From NCBI RefSeq assembly GCF_009914755.1, contig NC_060934.1: a stretch of DNA of 64,000 bases; one strand, written 5' to 3'. The notes beneath the pieces were generated by a model. The model saw only the letters and a list, made by a program, of their open reading frames with translations, did no database searches and was not told the origin of the DNA. Both the position numbers and the translations under genes were made by a program. Of the stretch, positions 39,660-52,500 are shown in pieces (the first letter of the stretch is position 1; every line of letters starts with the position of its first letter). Source of the DNA: the human T2T-CHM13v2.0 reference genome, Homo sapiens.

Positions 39660-41239
39660 CAAAAAATTGACACTATCAGACTTAAAATATACTACAAACC
39701 TATAGTAGCCAAAACAGCATGATACTGGCATAAAAACAGACACATAGACCAATGAAGCAGAATAGACAATGCAAACTTTAATCCACATATCTACAGCCAA
39801 CTGATTTTTGACGAAGGTGCAAAGAACGCTCATTGGGGAAAGGAGAATTCCTTCAATAATTGGTGCTGGGAAAATTGTACATCCATATGCAAAAGAATGA
39901 AGAATGAAACTAGACTTTCCCTTCTTACCCTACATAAAAATCAGCTGAAAAGGAATCAGAGACCCAAATATAAGACACCAAATGATAAAACTACTAGAAG
40001 AAAACACAGGAAATACTGTAGGACATTGGTTTGAGAAAATATTTTATGAATAAGTTCTCAAAAGCACAGGCAAAAGAAGCAAAAAGAAACAAATTTGATT
40101 ATATCAAACTAAAAAGCCTCTGCACAGAAAAAAAAAATAAAAAACAATCAACAGAGTGAAAAAACAATCTACAGAATGGGAGAAAATATTTGCAAACTAC
40201 TCAGCTGACAAGGGATTACTATCCAGCATATACAAGTAGCTCAAACATCTCAACAGCAAAAATCCCACACAATCCGATTTAAAAATGGGCAAATTATCTG
40301 AATAGACATTTCTCAAAAGAAAACATACGACAAATATATGAAAAATGCTAAACATCACTAATCACCATGAAAATGCAAATCAAAACCACAATGAGGTATC
40401 ATCTCACCCCAGTTAGGATTGCTATTATCAAAAAGACAAAAAAATAAAAATAAAAATAACAAATGCTGGCAAGAATGCAGAGAAAAGGGAAATTTTATAC
40501 ACTGTTGGTGGGAATGTAAACTAGTACAGCCAATATAGAGAACAATATGGAGGTTCCTCAAGAAATTACAAATAGAACTACCATATGATTCAGCAATGCC
40601 ACTACTGGGCATTTATGCAAAGGAAATAAAATCAGTATGTTGAAAAGACATCTGCACTCCTATGTTTTTTTGCAGCACGATTCACAATAGCCAAGATATG
40701 AAATCAACCTAGGTGTCCAAAAACAGATGAATGGATAAAGAAAATGTGTACATATACACAATGAAATACTATTCAACCATAAAAAGGAATGAAATCCTGT
40801 CATTTGTAGCAACATGGGCAGAAATGGGGGACCTCATGTTAAGTGAAATAAGCCAGGAACAGGAAGTTACACACTGCATGTTCTCATTCATATGCAGACA
40901 CTAAAAAAAAAGTTGATCTCATAGAAGTAAAAAGAACAGAATACTAGAGGCTGGAAAGGTAGGGGAAAGGGAGGTATAGAGGAAAGATTTGTTAAAGGAT
41001 ACAAAATTACAGCTAGATAAGGGGAGTAAGTTCTAGTATTCTGTATCACAGTGGGATGACTACAGTTAATAATATATAGTTTCAAATAGGTAGATGGATG
41101 ATATCGAACATGTCCAACACACAAAAAAATAAATGTTTGAGATGATAAATATGCTAATTATCTTGATCTGATCACTTTACATTATATTGAAACATCACTA
41201 CTTACCTCATGAATATGTACATTTGTCAATTAAAAAAAA
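39660..41239 (+). mobile_element. L1MA-type element, 5'-truncated (ORF2 C-terminus plus 3' UTR)
   Basis: atactacaaacctatagtagccaaaacagcatgatactggcataaaaacagacacatagacc...gaactaccatatgattcagcaat...tgtcaattaaaaaaaa; reading frame disrupted. Confidence 0.95.
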
Positions 41240-41639
41240 TCGAAGAACCCCCCCCAAATCAGCTGACACAAAGTGATTTTGCCACTTATCTTCAAAAATA
41301 CAAACATTGGGAATTAATCATATTTATATTTTTTATTTTAGCATTAATAGAATTATAGTACTGTTAAGGTAGAATACATTTCCAGTAAATGAAGTAAAAG
41401 TCATTTGAAGTTGAGTCAATTTATTTATTACATCCAGTAATATCACCCTCCTACTATCTACATCCCGTTCTGTAATGTTCTTTAGGGGGAAAGAGATAAA
41501 TCACAAAAAGGATTCTATGTGAGATTTCCTAGGGGGAGGAACCCTTGCATGGCATTTCATGGTCCAGGAAAGACTCATCTCGTGGAGCTCAGTATTCTGT
41601 AAAAACGATGCTCTCAGTGTGACATAGAGGCAATTCCAG

Positions 41640-41877
41640 GTGTGAAGAGTGGTGGAAAAAGCACAGGGCTGGAAATCAGACCAACTGGGGTTTGAATTAC
41701 AGCTTTACACTTACTAACTGTGAAACTTTGGGCAAGTTTTTGAAACTTTCAGAGTATAACTTCCCTAATCCAGAAAACTGGAAAATAATATCCATGCCAT
41801 GAAGATTCAATACAATGATCTACGTCATGCATGTGGTAGAATGCCTGGCCCACTGTAGTCCCTCAATGAATTATAGC
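41640..41877 (+). mobile_element. MIR
   Basis: gggtttgaattacagctttacacttactaactgtgaaactttgggcaagtt. Confidence 0.85.
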
Positions 41878-42959
41878 CCAACAAATAACAGGACAGGTAA
41901 ATTCTGCTTCATATACTTTTGCTGTTGGATGTATCACTGGGTAGACCTTCCTGCAATAAAAAAATCACAGAGGGTCTATGATGAAAATGTCTAAGGAAAG
42001 ATGTCCAGGTTTCAGACTCACTTCTTCTGTTTTGTTTAAGACAAGTGGGAGCGTTTGAATACACTGATAATTCTAAGTGGCAGTTATGGAAGTGGGCCAG
42101 TTTGGTCAGGTGAAGGTTAACTAGCTATATGTGATTGAAAATTTTAGAGGCTCTTGCAAGTAGCAATCAGATCGCAGGGAGAAGGGAATCCGCCGATAAA
42201 GGAAGACAGCCACTGGGCCACCTTAGGTTCAGAAACCAGGTACAACAGATAAGTCTACATTGGTCAGATTATTCATTCCTCTCCCAGTCCCCGACTGTCC
42301 CAAAACTGTAACAATGCCTCTATCACGGACACTGCCTAGATTGGGGGATAAATTGGTTGGTAATGAATCTTATCTTGTATAAGTAATATTTTGTTCCTTC
42401 TACATAATCACAATACATAAACTATATAATGAAGATTTCTTCATTCAACCCAAGCAGTCTTTTTTTTTCCTTTTTCAACATTTATGTTTGAATGTGCAAA
42501 ATAAAGTTCATTTATTAAAGGAATCATTTGATACTTCCTCTGTCTGTACATAGGGTTCTTAAGCTTTAATACCTGCCTCAGCAATCATTTAGCTACTGAG
42601 ATAAGCTAATTAGTACTATTGTTAATGAATAGAAAAATGTATTTAACATATGAGTCTTCAGGAGTATTTCTCAAAATGACAGATTTAATTCCCTGAGGGC
42701 TGTGGAAAGTTTGCAAAGAGCTAACTGTGGGACTTAAATGGTTGTTTGGGAATGACAGTCTCTTAGTAAAACTTCATTCACTGTATCAATTCAGCAAATA
42801 ATTTCGAGTGCTTATAAGGTGCAAAAGTTGTTAAAAATATTCCCTCTTTTTCTCAGTTCTTCCACGTCATTCTTGACTACAATCCCTCAATGACATTTAA
42901 GAACCTGTACTTTAGGAGGGGAAGCTGGAAACTTGCTAAATACACTCTTTTTATGCAAG

Positions 42960-43150
42960 GAACCTGGCAAATGCATTTATTTGCAGTATCTCTACTCTTC
43001 ACAACATGTATGTAAAGAAAAAATAGTATCCCTATTTGATCAATGTGCAAACTGAGGCCCAAAGAAATTTAGTTCATGGCCACACAGCTAATTAGTAGCA
43101 GCTTCTCTGTGAACTCACATTGAGCCTCAAGGCCCATTCTCTTCAATACC
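42960..43150 (-). mobile_element. MIR fragment
   Basis: aaactgaggcccaaagaa...catggccacacagctaattagtagcag. Confidence 0.6.
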
Positions 43151-44041
43151 ATGAATTGTAATGCTTAGGCCCAGATACTTCCCCACATCGCTCCTTATTG
43201 CTTGCCTGTTTTATTAATGTTTCTAATCTTCTATTAAACAAAATTTACCATGTTTTCATACTTTCTTTCACTGTATAGATGTCTTACAAAATTGTACTTT
43301 ATTAGGGTAAAAGAATGCTATTCATCTGATTGGTTCCAAGACAAGGTATTTCTGATTTCAGGGGTACCTTCATGGTACCTTACAAATGCCTCAGTGTCTC
43401 TGACTTTCAGTACCTACAAAATCTTGAACTTCCTTCCTTCCAACCCTCTTAGGGCCTAGTTCTATTTCCCCATTTTTTACCATGCAGTCCACACATCCTT
43501 CTTCTCCTGTGGTGATGGTATTAGTAGACTTTTTTTCTTCTGCCAAAAGGTAAGCTATATCCAGCAGATATGAATGGTAGTCTCTGTTCTTCCCATTCTA
43601 ATGAGATACATCTAAGTTCAGACAAAACTGAGGATATGATCCTAATTAATCAGAAAGTCACCCATGACTGAGAAATCATTTACCAGAACCAATTAAATCT
43701 AAATTGAAATCTATATATTTTATAAGCACCTCCCACATTTGACAATAATGGACGATCCCATTTCATGACTCCACTTTGGTCCATGAAAGCAGAATCCTGG
43801 GTGAATGGAATAAGTACCAGAAAAAACTCTGACGTATATGTGAATGATTCAAGCTTGATGTCCTCTGGTTTGCTTTTAACTCTTCTACTTTCAATTCACA
43901 TAATATAAACTAGAACAACAATTTGGGCAAAACTATAGCAAATTGCTTGTTATTTCTTGAAAATAAAATTTGAATTATGTGACTGACAATATAATGTTGT
44001 ATTTAGATATTCTCCTTCGATATTTAACCTATACCTAAATC

Positions 44042-44066
44042 TATATATATATATATATATATATAT
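44042..44066. repeat. (TA)n microsatellite
   Basis: Direct read. Confidence 0.9.
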
Positions 44067-44524
44067 GCCAATGCTTTTATTGTTTTTTCAGTAAATGGAT
44101 TCTATTTTAAAATTTTAAATGCAGAAGTACACTAAGTATAAAGGAATATACAAATCTAGATTTTGCAGTTAAATTTAAATGATTTATTAAAATTTGAATT
44201 AGTAAATAATTTAACTTTCAACATCTCAAAAGTGATAATTTTTTTCTTGATGTAAGAATTCACCCTGGATGTCCATTAATAAGAATCACCCTTAAGAAAA
44301 CCTCTCTTGTAGAGGTTTTGATGGCCCAAGCAAGAAACTTACAACCACACAGGCCTTGGTTCCAAGACCAGGTATTTCTGTGACCTGAGGCAAGTTGCAT
44401 AAACAAACCTCAACTTTGGTTAATGACTCAGTACATTGGCTAACACTAAATACTCACACTATAGTCCGTTTATTCTTCTGTTCATTTGTCTGTACATTCT
44501 GAACAACAACAACAACTGCAACAA

Positions 44525-44757
44525 CACTATGGCTTTTACTTTGTGCCAAGCACTGTTTTAATATTAACTCACTGAAACCCCATTACAACCCTATCCTAAG
44601 CACATCCTACTATTACATCCATTTTGCAGGTGGAGAGCCTGAGGCACAGAGAGACTAAATAACTTCCCCAAGGTCAACAGCTAATTGATAGTGCCAGAAT
44701 CTGAACTCAGACAACCTTACTCTATAGTTCACACTCTTAATCATTACATGATACTGC
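44525..44757 (-). mobile_element. MIR
   Basis: tgtgccaagcactg...ccattttgcaggtggagagcctgaggcacagagagactaaataacttccccaaggtca. Confidence 0.88.
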
Positions 44758-45224
44758 CTCTCATACACTCATTCACCACCCAGCAAGCCCCAGTTTGGTT
44801 GTAGTAGATAATTACACCATCTCCAGCCTCAAGGAGCTCATAGTCTCTTGGTAAGACAGACATGTAAACACATAATTATGGTACAGAATATCAAGTATGC
44901 TAATTGACCATGCTCCCTGGAGACCTGGAGTCCATATACTCAATGCAGCAGGGAACAGAGCAAGTTTCCTTGATCTCATAAAGATCTACACAATCTTCTA
45001 CCATAAAAGTCCAGCTGCTGCAGTACAAAACCTTACTCTTGCCTGGCATCTTAGGGTGTCAGAGATACCCAGGTAATTAGGAATGGGGAAAGCCTGTAAA
45101 ACATCAGGAAGCACTGAGCTTCAATAGCAAGAAATAACAGTATAGTTCATGTCTTTAAAAAATCTGTTCTCAAACCCTTATATTGTGGCTGACCTTAAAA
45201 GAGACTGCTAGCATCTCATTACAA

Positions 45225-45460
45225 TAAACCCAGTGGTTAAATACAGAACCCAAAGTCCTTTGACCCAAGTTCAAGCCTAGGTCCACCAATCACTAGCTAT
45301 ATGACCTCAGACAAGGTATTTTTAAGCCTTAGTTTTACCTACAAAAATGGAGATGAAAATAATGCCTGCCTCATAGGAAAGTCATAGGGAAGAAAAAAGA
45401 ATAACCCATGGGAATCCTCTGCACATTGCTGACATACAACAGGCATCTAACACACTGTTA
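45225..45460 (+). mobile_element. MIR
   Basis: cagtggttaaatacagaac...cactagctatatgacctcagacaag...aaaatggagatgaaaataatgcctgcctcatagg. Confidence 0.8.
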
Positions 45461-45739
45461 TGTTGTCATTACACAATGTGTCTGAGGATTTGAAATCCTT
45501 GTGTTGGTAATTTTCATTTCTAACTTCCAAAAAATTTTAAAAAAGAATCTTAAGAAAAAACATTAAAATTTACTGCAGAGGGTAAGAAAAACAGACACTA
45601 CAATACTGAATTAGAGACATAAAGCCTGTCGTTTAAAGTTTCACATGTCTAGAAAATAGCTTATTACTTAGAAGATTTTCTGAAACAAGCCCACTTTGAT
45701 GTGTAGCTGTGAAAATATTAATGCCATATACTACATACC

Positions 45740-45997
45740 TTGTATGGCACAGTAGTTAAGAGCACAAGCTAGAGAGTTAGACTGTCCAAATTGGAATCTT
45801 AGCTCTACCACTGTCTGACTAGGGTGAAAATTTGGGCAACTAGCTTCAAGGCTCAGCCTCAGTCTCCTTGTCTGTAAGATGGGGATAATAAAAAAATACT
45901 TTCTCTTCTCAAAGGGTTATTAGGAAGACTAAATTAGTCTCCACCTATAAAGCAATGTAATACCCTACCTAGTGTAGAATAAGTGGTCAATAAATGG
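45740..45997 (+). mobile_element. MIR, near full length
   Basis: gcacagtagttaagagcac...gcctcagtctccttgtctgtaagatggggataata...tcaataaatgg. Confidence 0.88.
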
Positions 45998-46049
45998 CCT
46001 GGGAGAAAAGACATGAATCCAGGACATTTAATTCTTCCTCTTCCCCTTC

Positions 46050-46815
46050 AAGCCAGGAACTTGGCAGTTATCCTAGAATCCGATCTCTCTCTCACATCCT
46101 GCCTACAATCCATTGCCAAGTTCTACTGAGTCTTCCCCTAAATATCTTTGGTATGCAACACCCCCTCTCCACTGGCATAGTCTCCACCTTGGTTCACACT
46201 CAGCATTTCGTGCCTGGATCCCCATCAGAGCTTCCTGACTGCTCTCCCTGCTGCTGCTGCTACAACACGGATGCTTGAGTGATGGCTCTACCCCATAAAG
46301 CTATTCACAGTCCTCTCTTCTACCACCACCATTAAGGTCTCTCCCCGCTTTGAGCAGGGTGATTTCCAAACTATGCAAGATGGCATATGAAGATCTTCAT
46401 GCTCTGGCACCTGCTTACTTTTCGTGCCACACACTCAGGTCCCCTTTGCTCCAGGAATTCAAAAATACTGTTTCCCACACAGCCTAATAGTCTCTCCTAC
46501 TTCTGTTACTTTGGGCATGAGACTCCTGTTCTTCTGCTTGACTATCTTGCTGACTCCTCCTCCAAAGCTCAGCTTCATTGAGATTCTCCTCTGAGTGCAT
46601 CTGAGCCAGGTGAGGGTCTTTCTGTGGGCTCCTGGGGCTCCCTCTTCATTCTCTATGGAGGGTGATTAGTGGCTCTTATCTTTCTCCTTCCCTGCCTCTT
46701 CTGGGTGTTACTGTAGTGTTGCCACTATGCTTTGATTGGCTTTGTCTCCAACATTTGATGCAATGCCTGATCCACAGAAGTCACTTAATAAATGTTTACT
46801 GAATGAATACATGAA
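46050..46815 (+). mobile_element. L2 3' region
   Basis: agccaggaacttggcagttatcctaga...caatccattgccaagttctact...cttaataaatgtttactgaatgaat. Confidence 0.78.
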
Positions 46816-48117
46816 TACAAGAATGAAGCAATGAATATTTGTTCCTGCTCTGTCACTGATTAACTGTATGTTTGACATCAATAATCAGAAAAGATGTTAA
46901 TCATGGAATTAATTGTCATTTTATCCCAGTATCTAGCACTGTGTCAGGCGCATGTATAGAGAGAGATCTACCTACCTACTTACCTATCTGTTGAGAGCAA
47001 ACTCCAAAATGTTTCCTTTTTTAATATAAATTTCATTAGGTCACCTCAAATTTTTTGACAGGACTTGGTAAATATATACAAGCATGTATTCATATACTAA
47101 CAAAACCCACTTATGGAACAAATTAGGGTCAATTCTAGTAATATCCCTCACTGTTGAAACGTATTTTATAGTGTATGTGGGGAGAGGGCATGACACGCAG
47201 GTAACATGGTACCAGAAGCCAACAACGACAGTCAATGTGCTAGGACTGCAGCCTGACCACAAAGAGAGCACGTGTGACTTCAGCCCATCATGGCTTTATG
47301 GTAGGATGAGCCACCTACCAACCACTGCTCATGGACCAGGGCCCTGCTGGGAGCAGGGGATATAAACAGCTCTTCTCAGCTACTTGCTCAGTCAGGGCAG
47401 GGATCTAGTAATAACCCACCCAAAGGCACTCTATCTACTTTTGGCATGCCTCCCACTGGTTGCCAACCTAAGCGGCCCGTGAGCAGAGAAGTGTGAAGGG
47501 AAAAAGATATGGCAGGGAAGGGCAGTGGGAAAGTATGGCTAAGGGGCATTTGTAAGTGCATTGATAAGCACCTTTTAAAGAAGATACTCATTCAAACTTT
47601 TTTTTTTCAAGCCAGACAAATTAGTAATAAAAAAGTAAAGTTTCATCCACCTAGACGCATTTCCTTTCAACAAATAGGAAGATTTCCTTTTTCTTAACAC
47701 TACTTAAGTTATGTCAAGAATAAAACACATCTTTATTAAAACTCAACTAATTATAAATTCCTAGAAGTTCTGTACTGCTTTTTTTTTTTTGGACTGGTAA
47801 TCATGTACTCATGATTAACATATTCAAAATAGACCATATGTATAATTCATTGAGTTTTTAAAAACTTGATGAAATGTGAATCCAATGTTAAGTCTACATA
47901 TGTATTATGATTTCATGATAACACATAGTGATATCCCATACTATACGATTCTGTGTCATCACACCTAATCAAGAAAGCTTCGTCTTTGGCCTTGCTCAAA
48001 CCTGAACTGCAGGAGTGTCATGGACCAAATTCCTTATTTTATAAACTAGATACTCTTTAGGATTTTCCCAAGCTTTTGAGCGTATCCACTATTACTTTTA
48101 TGTGATTAAAAGCTCCT

Positions 48118-48413
<296 letters not shown>

Positions 48414-50673
48414 TCCTATACAATATTTCTGCATATGAACAAGAGCAACTATCCCCATAATAACCCACAAAATATTTAGAAGCAGCATTTTTTATTGACA
48501 TGAGGTCTACAACATGGAACGAAGTAGCCCATAGGCCTTCATCAGGATCTTAGAAAAAGGTGGGGATAAAGAAACTCAAAGTCATAACAATTCACTTTAT
48601 AGAGGAATGAGGGTCATATATGGCTATGCCACTGAAGGAAATCTAGAGTGTTTTCAAAATAATTCAGTCTTAACTTTGTACATTACAAGTAGTATATGAA
48701 ATATATGAAATAATTGGACTATGAATATTATATCTTCTGTAATACACTGTATCTTACAGAATATACCTATTTTACTATGTTAAGAATTAACAAGTACAAC
48801 AGCAATGAAAGTGTTATCCATGAGCCAGTTTTAGGATCTACTCTGTGAGTGTCCTGAGAACAAAACATTTAAATCCACTTGCACATTTACAATAGCGATA
48901 TTGATATTTCTCCTTGTTCCCTTCTGGTTGCTAAGAGATTTACATTGGACAGACTCTGTTGTACTGGTAACAAAGCACTTTGGTCCACAAAGCATTTGCT
49001 ACAGCTCATTGAGTCCAGAAACTCCCTCTGCCTCACCCCTTCCCTATTTTGCTTCCAAGTCAAACAGGGACCCAGGCACAAAGGTAACAGATCTGTCATC
49101 ACTGCTACCGAAAACTGCTGTACATAAACCTAGCTAGCCTAACAACCCTAAAATATAGTGTCAATATTAATATGACACCATATCTTCATACAAATATATG
49201 TACCTTTTCCATCTTTCTTAGAAGCTAGTTTATCACGGTGGGGGTAGGCAGAGATGTATGGACAGGGGGCAAGTGGTAGTGACCTACCCACAGAGAAACC
49301 TCACACAATAAAATTAGACCAGAATCTAGCAAAGTATGGCAATTTCATAACAACTGTGCTGTGCAAGGCTTTGAAATACGCCTGCACACAATTTCTTAAC
49401 CCAAGTTTGTATTTTTATGAAAATATATTCAAGAAGTTTATTTACAAGAATATCAAAGTAGGAACTATCTATATTTAACATCTTGCAGTGAAACAACTGC
49501 AGCTCTCCAGCTTCAATCTCAAAGTCAGCTATGCAACAAAAGGCAGAGAGTCTTCTATAGATCCTAACTCTGAAGAAAATGGCAAAGGTACCAGGAATAT
49601 TCATGGTCACTCCTGAAGAGGGGTACATGTGGGAGATGCAATCTGCATGTCATTTAGAAAGCACATGCCTTACTGCTCAAATTAAGGATATCTTTCCTTT
49701 GGGAATTTTCACAAAGACACATAAAAATGCTTTATGACCTGCCTTTCCTATTCAGATCACAGAGTTTTAGTCAATTTTTATTAATTATCATGGAGGAAAA
49801 GTGCTTTGGGGTCTTACTCCCAGCTCAGTACCTAGGAGTCATATTTAAGGGCACTCTAAGTACTCACGGGCTATAATAAATCACCACTGACCCAGAATAT
49901 TCCTCCTATTTTCCCCCTGCCTTGGAATATCAGTAAGGAATCATCAATGCCCATGCTTTGATCTAAAGCAATCAGTGTTGAAGGTTGCAGGTTACTGGAA
50001 TTCCTGCGTTCAGGATAATCACTTTCACCCAGCAGGGAAAAACAAACCTCTGTGATTTCAGCTTTATTTAACAAAAGAAAGTTATTTCTAGCAGCTTATT
50101 TCCATTGCACAACTTGACAAAAAGCACCTTATAAAAATAAGAGGCAAAAGGAAAGAAAGAGGAAATAAAAGCAAAGCAGGAAATGACTTTTGTGCTACTC
50201 CTCTAAGGTCACAGATCTGCCTGGGAAACGCACGCATGTGACACAGTTCCAGCACAAAAGCTCTTTTTCCACGAGACAAACCTCTAAGAAGTACAAAGCC
50301 TGGTTCTCTGGCCTCTCCCTCTAACCCAAGTCACCGCAGTGCATTTCACCTTGACTGGGCTGTGAAGAAACTACTTTTGTAACTCCCTCACAGCACCTTT
50401 CCATGTCATGGAAACATGCCCATGCCTATATAAAGTGAAGCACACTTTCCGCATAGCCCTGCAATCACCCCACAGGAGAAAACCGTCCCTCTTGCCTTGC
50501 CCATCCTATGGCCATGTTCTGCCATAGGGTTTATCATCTGTTCCCAATTTACACACCCAATTTACACTCTACCCAGCATGTAAAAATAACCCTTAATGCT
50601 TCTAACAGATGCCAGAGGGAGATTAAAACAAAAAGAATCCAGGCAAGATATATGCTCTGGCATACATAGATAC

Positions 50674-50787
50674 CTTTTTCTTCCGATCCCGGGACCGTTT
50701 GCGGTGTTTCCTTTTTTTCTCAGGCTCTTCTTCAGCATTGATTTCTAAATCCCTGTTTTTCTTTAATTGTGAGGCTGCATGAGCCAT
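50674..50787 (-). CDS. ANK3: ANK3 (ankyrin-G) first coding exon (exon 1e), codons 1-38
   Basis: Hand translation of the minus strand gives MAHAASQLKKNRDLEINAEEEPEKKRKHRKRSRDRKKK, which I recognise as the canonical human ankyrin-G N-terminus. ATG at 50787-50785 is in strong Kozak context (A at -3, G at +4), with an in-frame TGA 7 codons upstream. The exon ends in phase 0 at a donor AAG|GTATCT. Confidence 0.97.
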
Positions 50788-51130
50788 AATGCATTTAAAA
50801 AGATCCTCTCAAGCACACACGGCTTCCTTGTAAAAGGTGATATCCTCAGGCACCTCTAATCAGGCTTACAGCAGCATTCCAATCACTAGAGAGAAAGCTT
50901 TGACTAGAAGCAGGAAGATATTCACAATGCAAAGATGCTGGAGAAGCTGAAGCTTTTAAAAACCCAAATGATGGTGTCCGGACTTCATCCTACACCTTCC
51001 TCTACCTGAACCTTTACAGGAGAGTGCAGCCATCGTAATGCATTTACCGTAGTGAAGAAGACAGCTGGGACAGAGGAAGCTGTATTATGGCTGTATCCCC
51101 TGCCACCAGCTGGAAGTGTCTAAGTGATTC
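50788..51130 (-). other. ANK3: 5' UTR of ANK3 exon 1e (upstream limit approximate)
   Basis: Repeat-free sequence directly upstream of the start codon. The roughly 0.3 kb length is from my recollection of the reference transcript; the TSS cannot be read from sequence. Confidence 0.6.
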
Positions 51131-51977
51131 CTCGGAAGGGGGAATGCTGCAAAGGATGCTTCTCCAAAGGGGAAGAATCAAGAGTCACCACACATGCAGA
51201 AGCAAAAATCCAGCGCTAATTCTGAAAACCTATTTTAGAATCCTTTGAAAAAAAGAAAAGGCTGCAATTTATACATCACCACTAGATCTACACGGAGAAT
51301 AATTTAACCCCTGATAGAATGGAGCTGTTCCTACTTTAGTTCAACTGCTGATGGTGACAAAATATATAAAATAAGATTTCAAAAAACACACTAAATTTTG
51401 CTATGGAGATCCTGACTGCATTACAGGGAAAACAATGCATGTATTGCCTGTCTCAACAGTGCATCCTTTATGCTGAACTATCAATCTAAATGCATTTTGT
51501 GGGGAGGACTACAGAAGGGCTTGTTGTCTTTTAAAAACAACATGCTGATTACAACACATCATACAGAAAGACGTGAGCATATTGGTGTATGGAACAGATG
51601 CCTGATTCATAGGAGGTTCCCCAGGACTCTCCTCTCATGGGGTCTGAGGGTCAGGAATCTGTGCTGTAATCAGTGTTTCTGAGTCACTGAAATGCAGATT
51701 TGCTTTCATGTTAGGGTTTGCTTCAATCACCTTACTATTTTTGCCACCTGAGTTCTCAATGACTGCAGCCTCTGAATATTCATTATGTGAAGTGAAGCAG
51801 CAGCAGTGCTCAAGGCCTGCTGGGGTGTCTTCTGCTAGGATGCACACACCGGAAGAAATCTAATAAGTCGGGAGTCATTTGCACACATACTACACAGTAT
51901 TCACAGTAAGCGCTTTAGCAAGAAACTGCTGAAATGTCAGGCTGGGCCTAAAACATATGAGACCTAGTAAAAAAAAG

Positions 51978-52016
<39 letters not shown>

Positions 52017-52500
52017 CAATTTCACCAAGAAAATGAGTCAGAAAAAAAAAAAGATGTTCTGATGAAAATACTTTGTTAGCATGTGTGCTTCCGATACAAA
52101 AGTCCATAACTTTGGCGGTCGGTGCATTTGACTTTGTAGGGCTGAAAGTGTAGGTGTGTAAAGGACACAGCACCAAGTCCAATGCATCATGTGAGGATTT
52201 GGTTGGGGTTCTCTGGAGCTGTTGTTTGTCTGCTTCACAAAGAGTGCCAAGTGTGAGTTCCTGCAAACAACTTTTACTCACCATACTTCTAGATTTGGGG
52301 TTCAAAGGTCTTTCCTCTTTTCCTCTTGTAGGATGCTTTATAGTCTCTGCGAAGCAGTGATAAAAATGGGAAGGGAAAGAATCAGGGACCATGGCATCCC
52401 ATTCCTACTACCAATGGACTGCGCACTTCTCTGAGGCCTCACGGTGAACCACAGGGAAACCACGCTGGTCATAGAGTTACCAAGGGCCTACTATGTGCAC
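51130..52500 (-). promoter_or_regulatory. ANK3: Non-CpG-island promoter region of ANK3 exon 1e
   Basis: Upstream of a first exon; no interspersed repeats recognised from about 48.5 to 53.8 kb; no CpG island; contains an (AC)18 tract. Limits arbitrary. Confidence 0.55.
51979..52014. repeat. (AC)18 microsatellite upstream of exon 1e
   Basis: Direct read; uninterrupted. Confidence 0.97.

Noticed and set aside
50665-50673. Exon-1e donor GTATCTAT resembles a U12-type donor
   Set aside because: The U12 consensus is GTATCCTT; positions +6 and +7 mismatch and the exon ends in AG, so it is a U2 donor.
50623-50787. 54-aa read-through peptide (exon 1e plus VSMYARAYILPGFFLF) if the donor is skipped
   Set aside because: No evidence for intron retention or a nearby processed 3' end.
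51101-51120. CTCF-like gccaccagctggaagtg near the exon-1e start
   Set aside because: Mismatches at core positions of the CTCF motif; better read as a simple CAGCTG E-box.
51964-52392. Longest ORF (142 aa, minus strand) upstream of exon 1e
   Set aside because: Runs into the (TG)n repeat (VCVCVC) and has no recognisable protein similarity.
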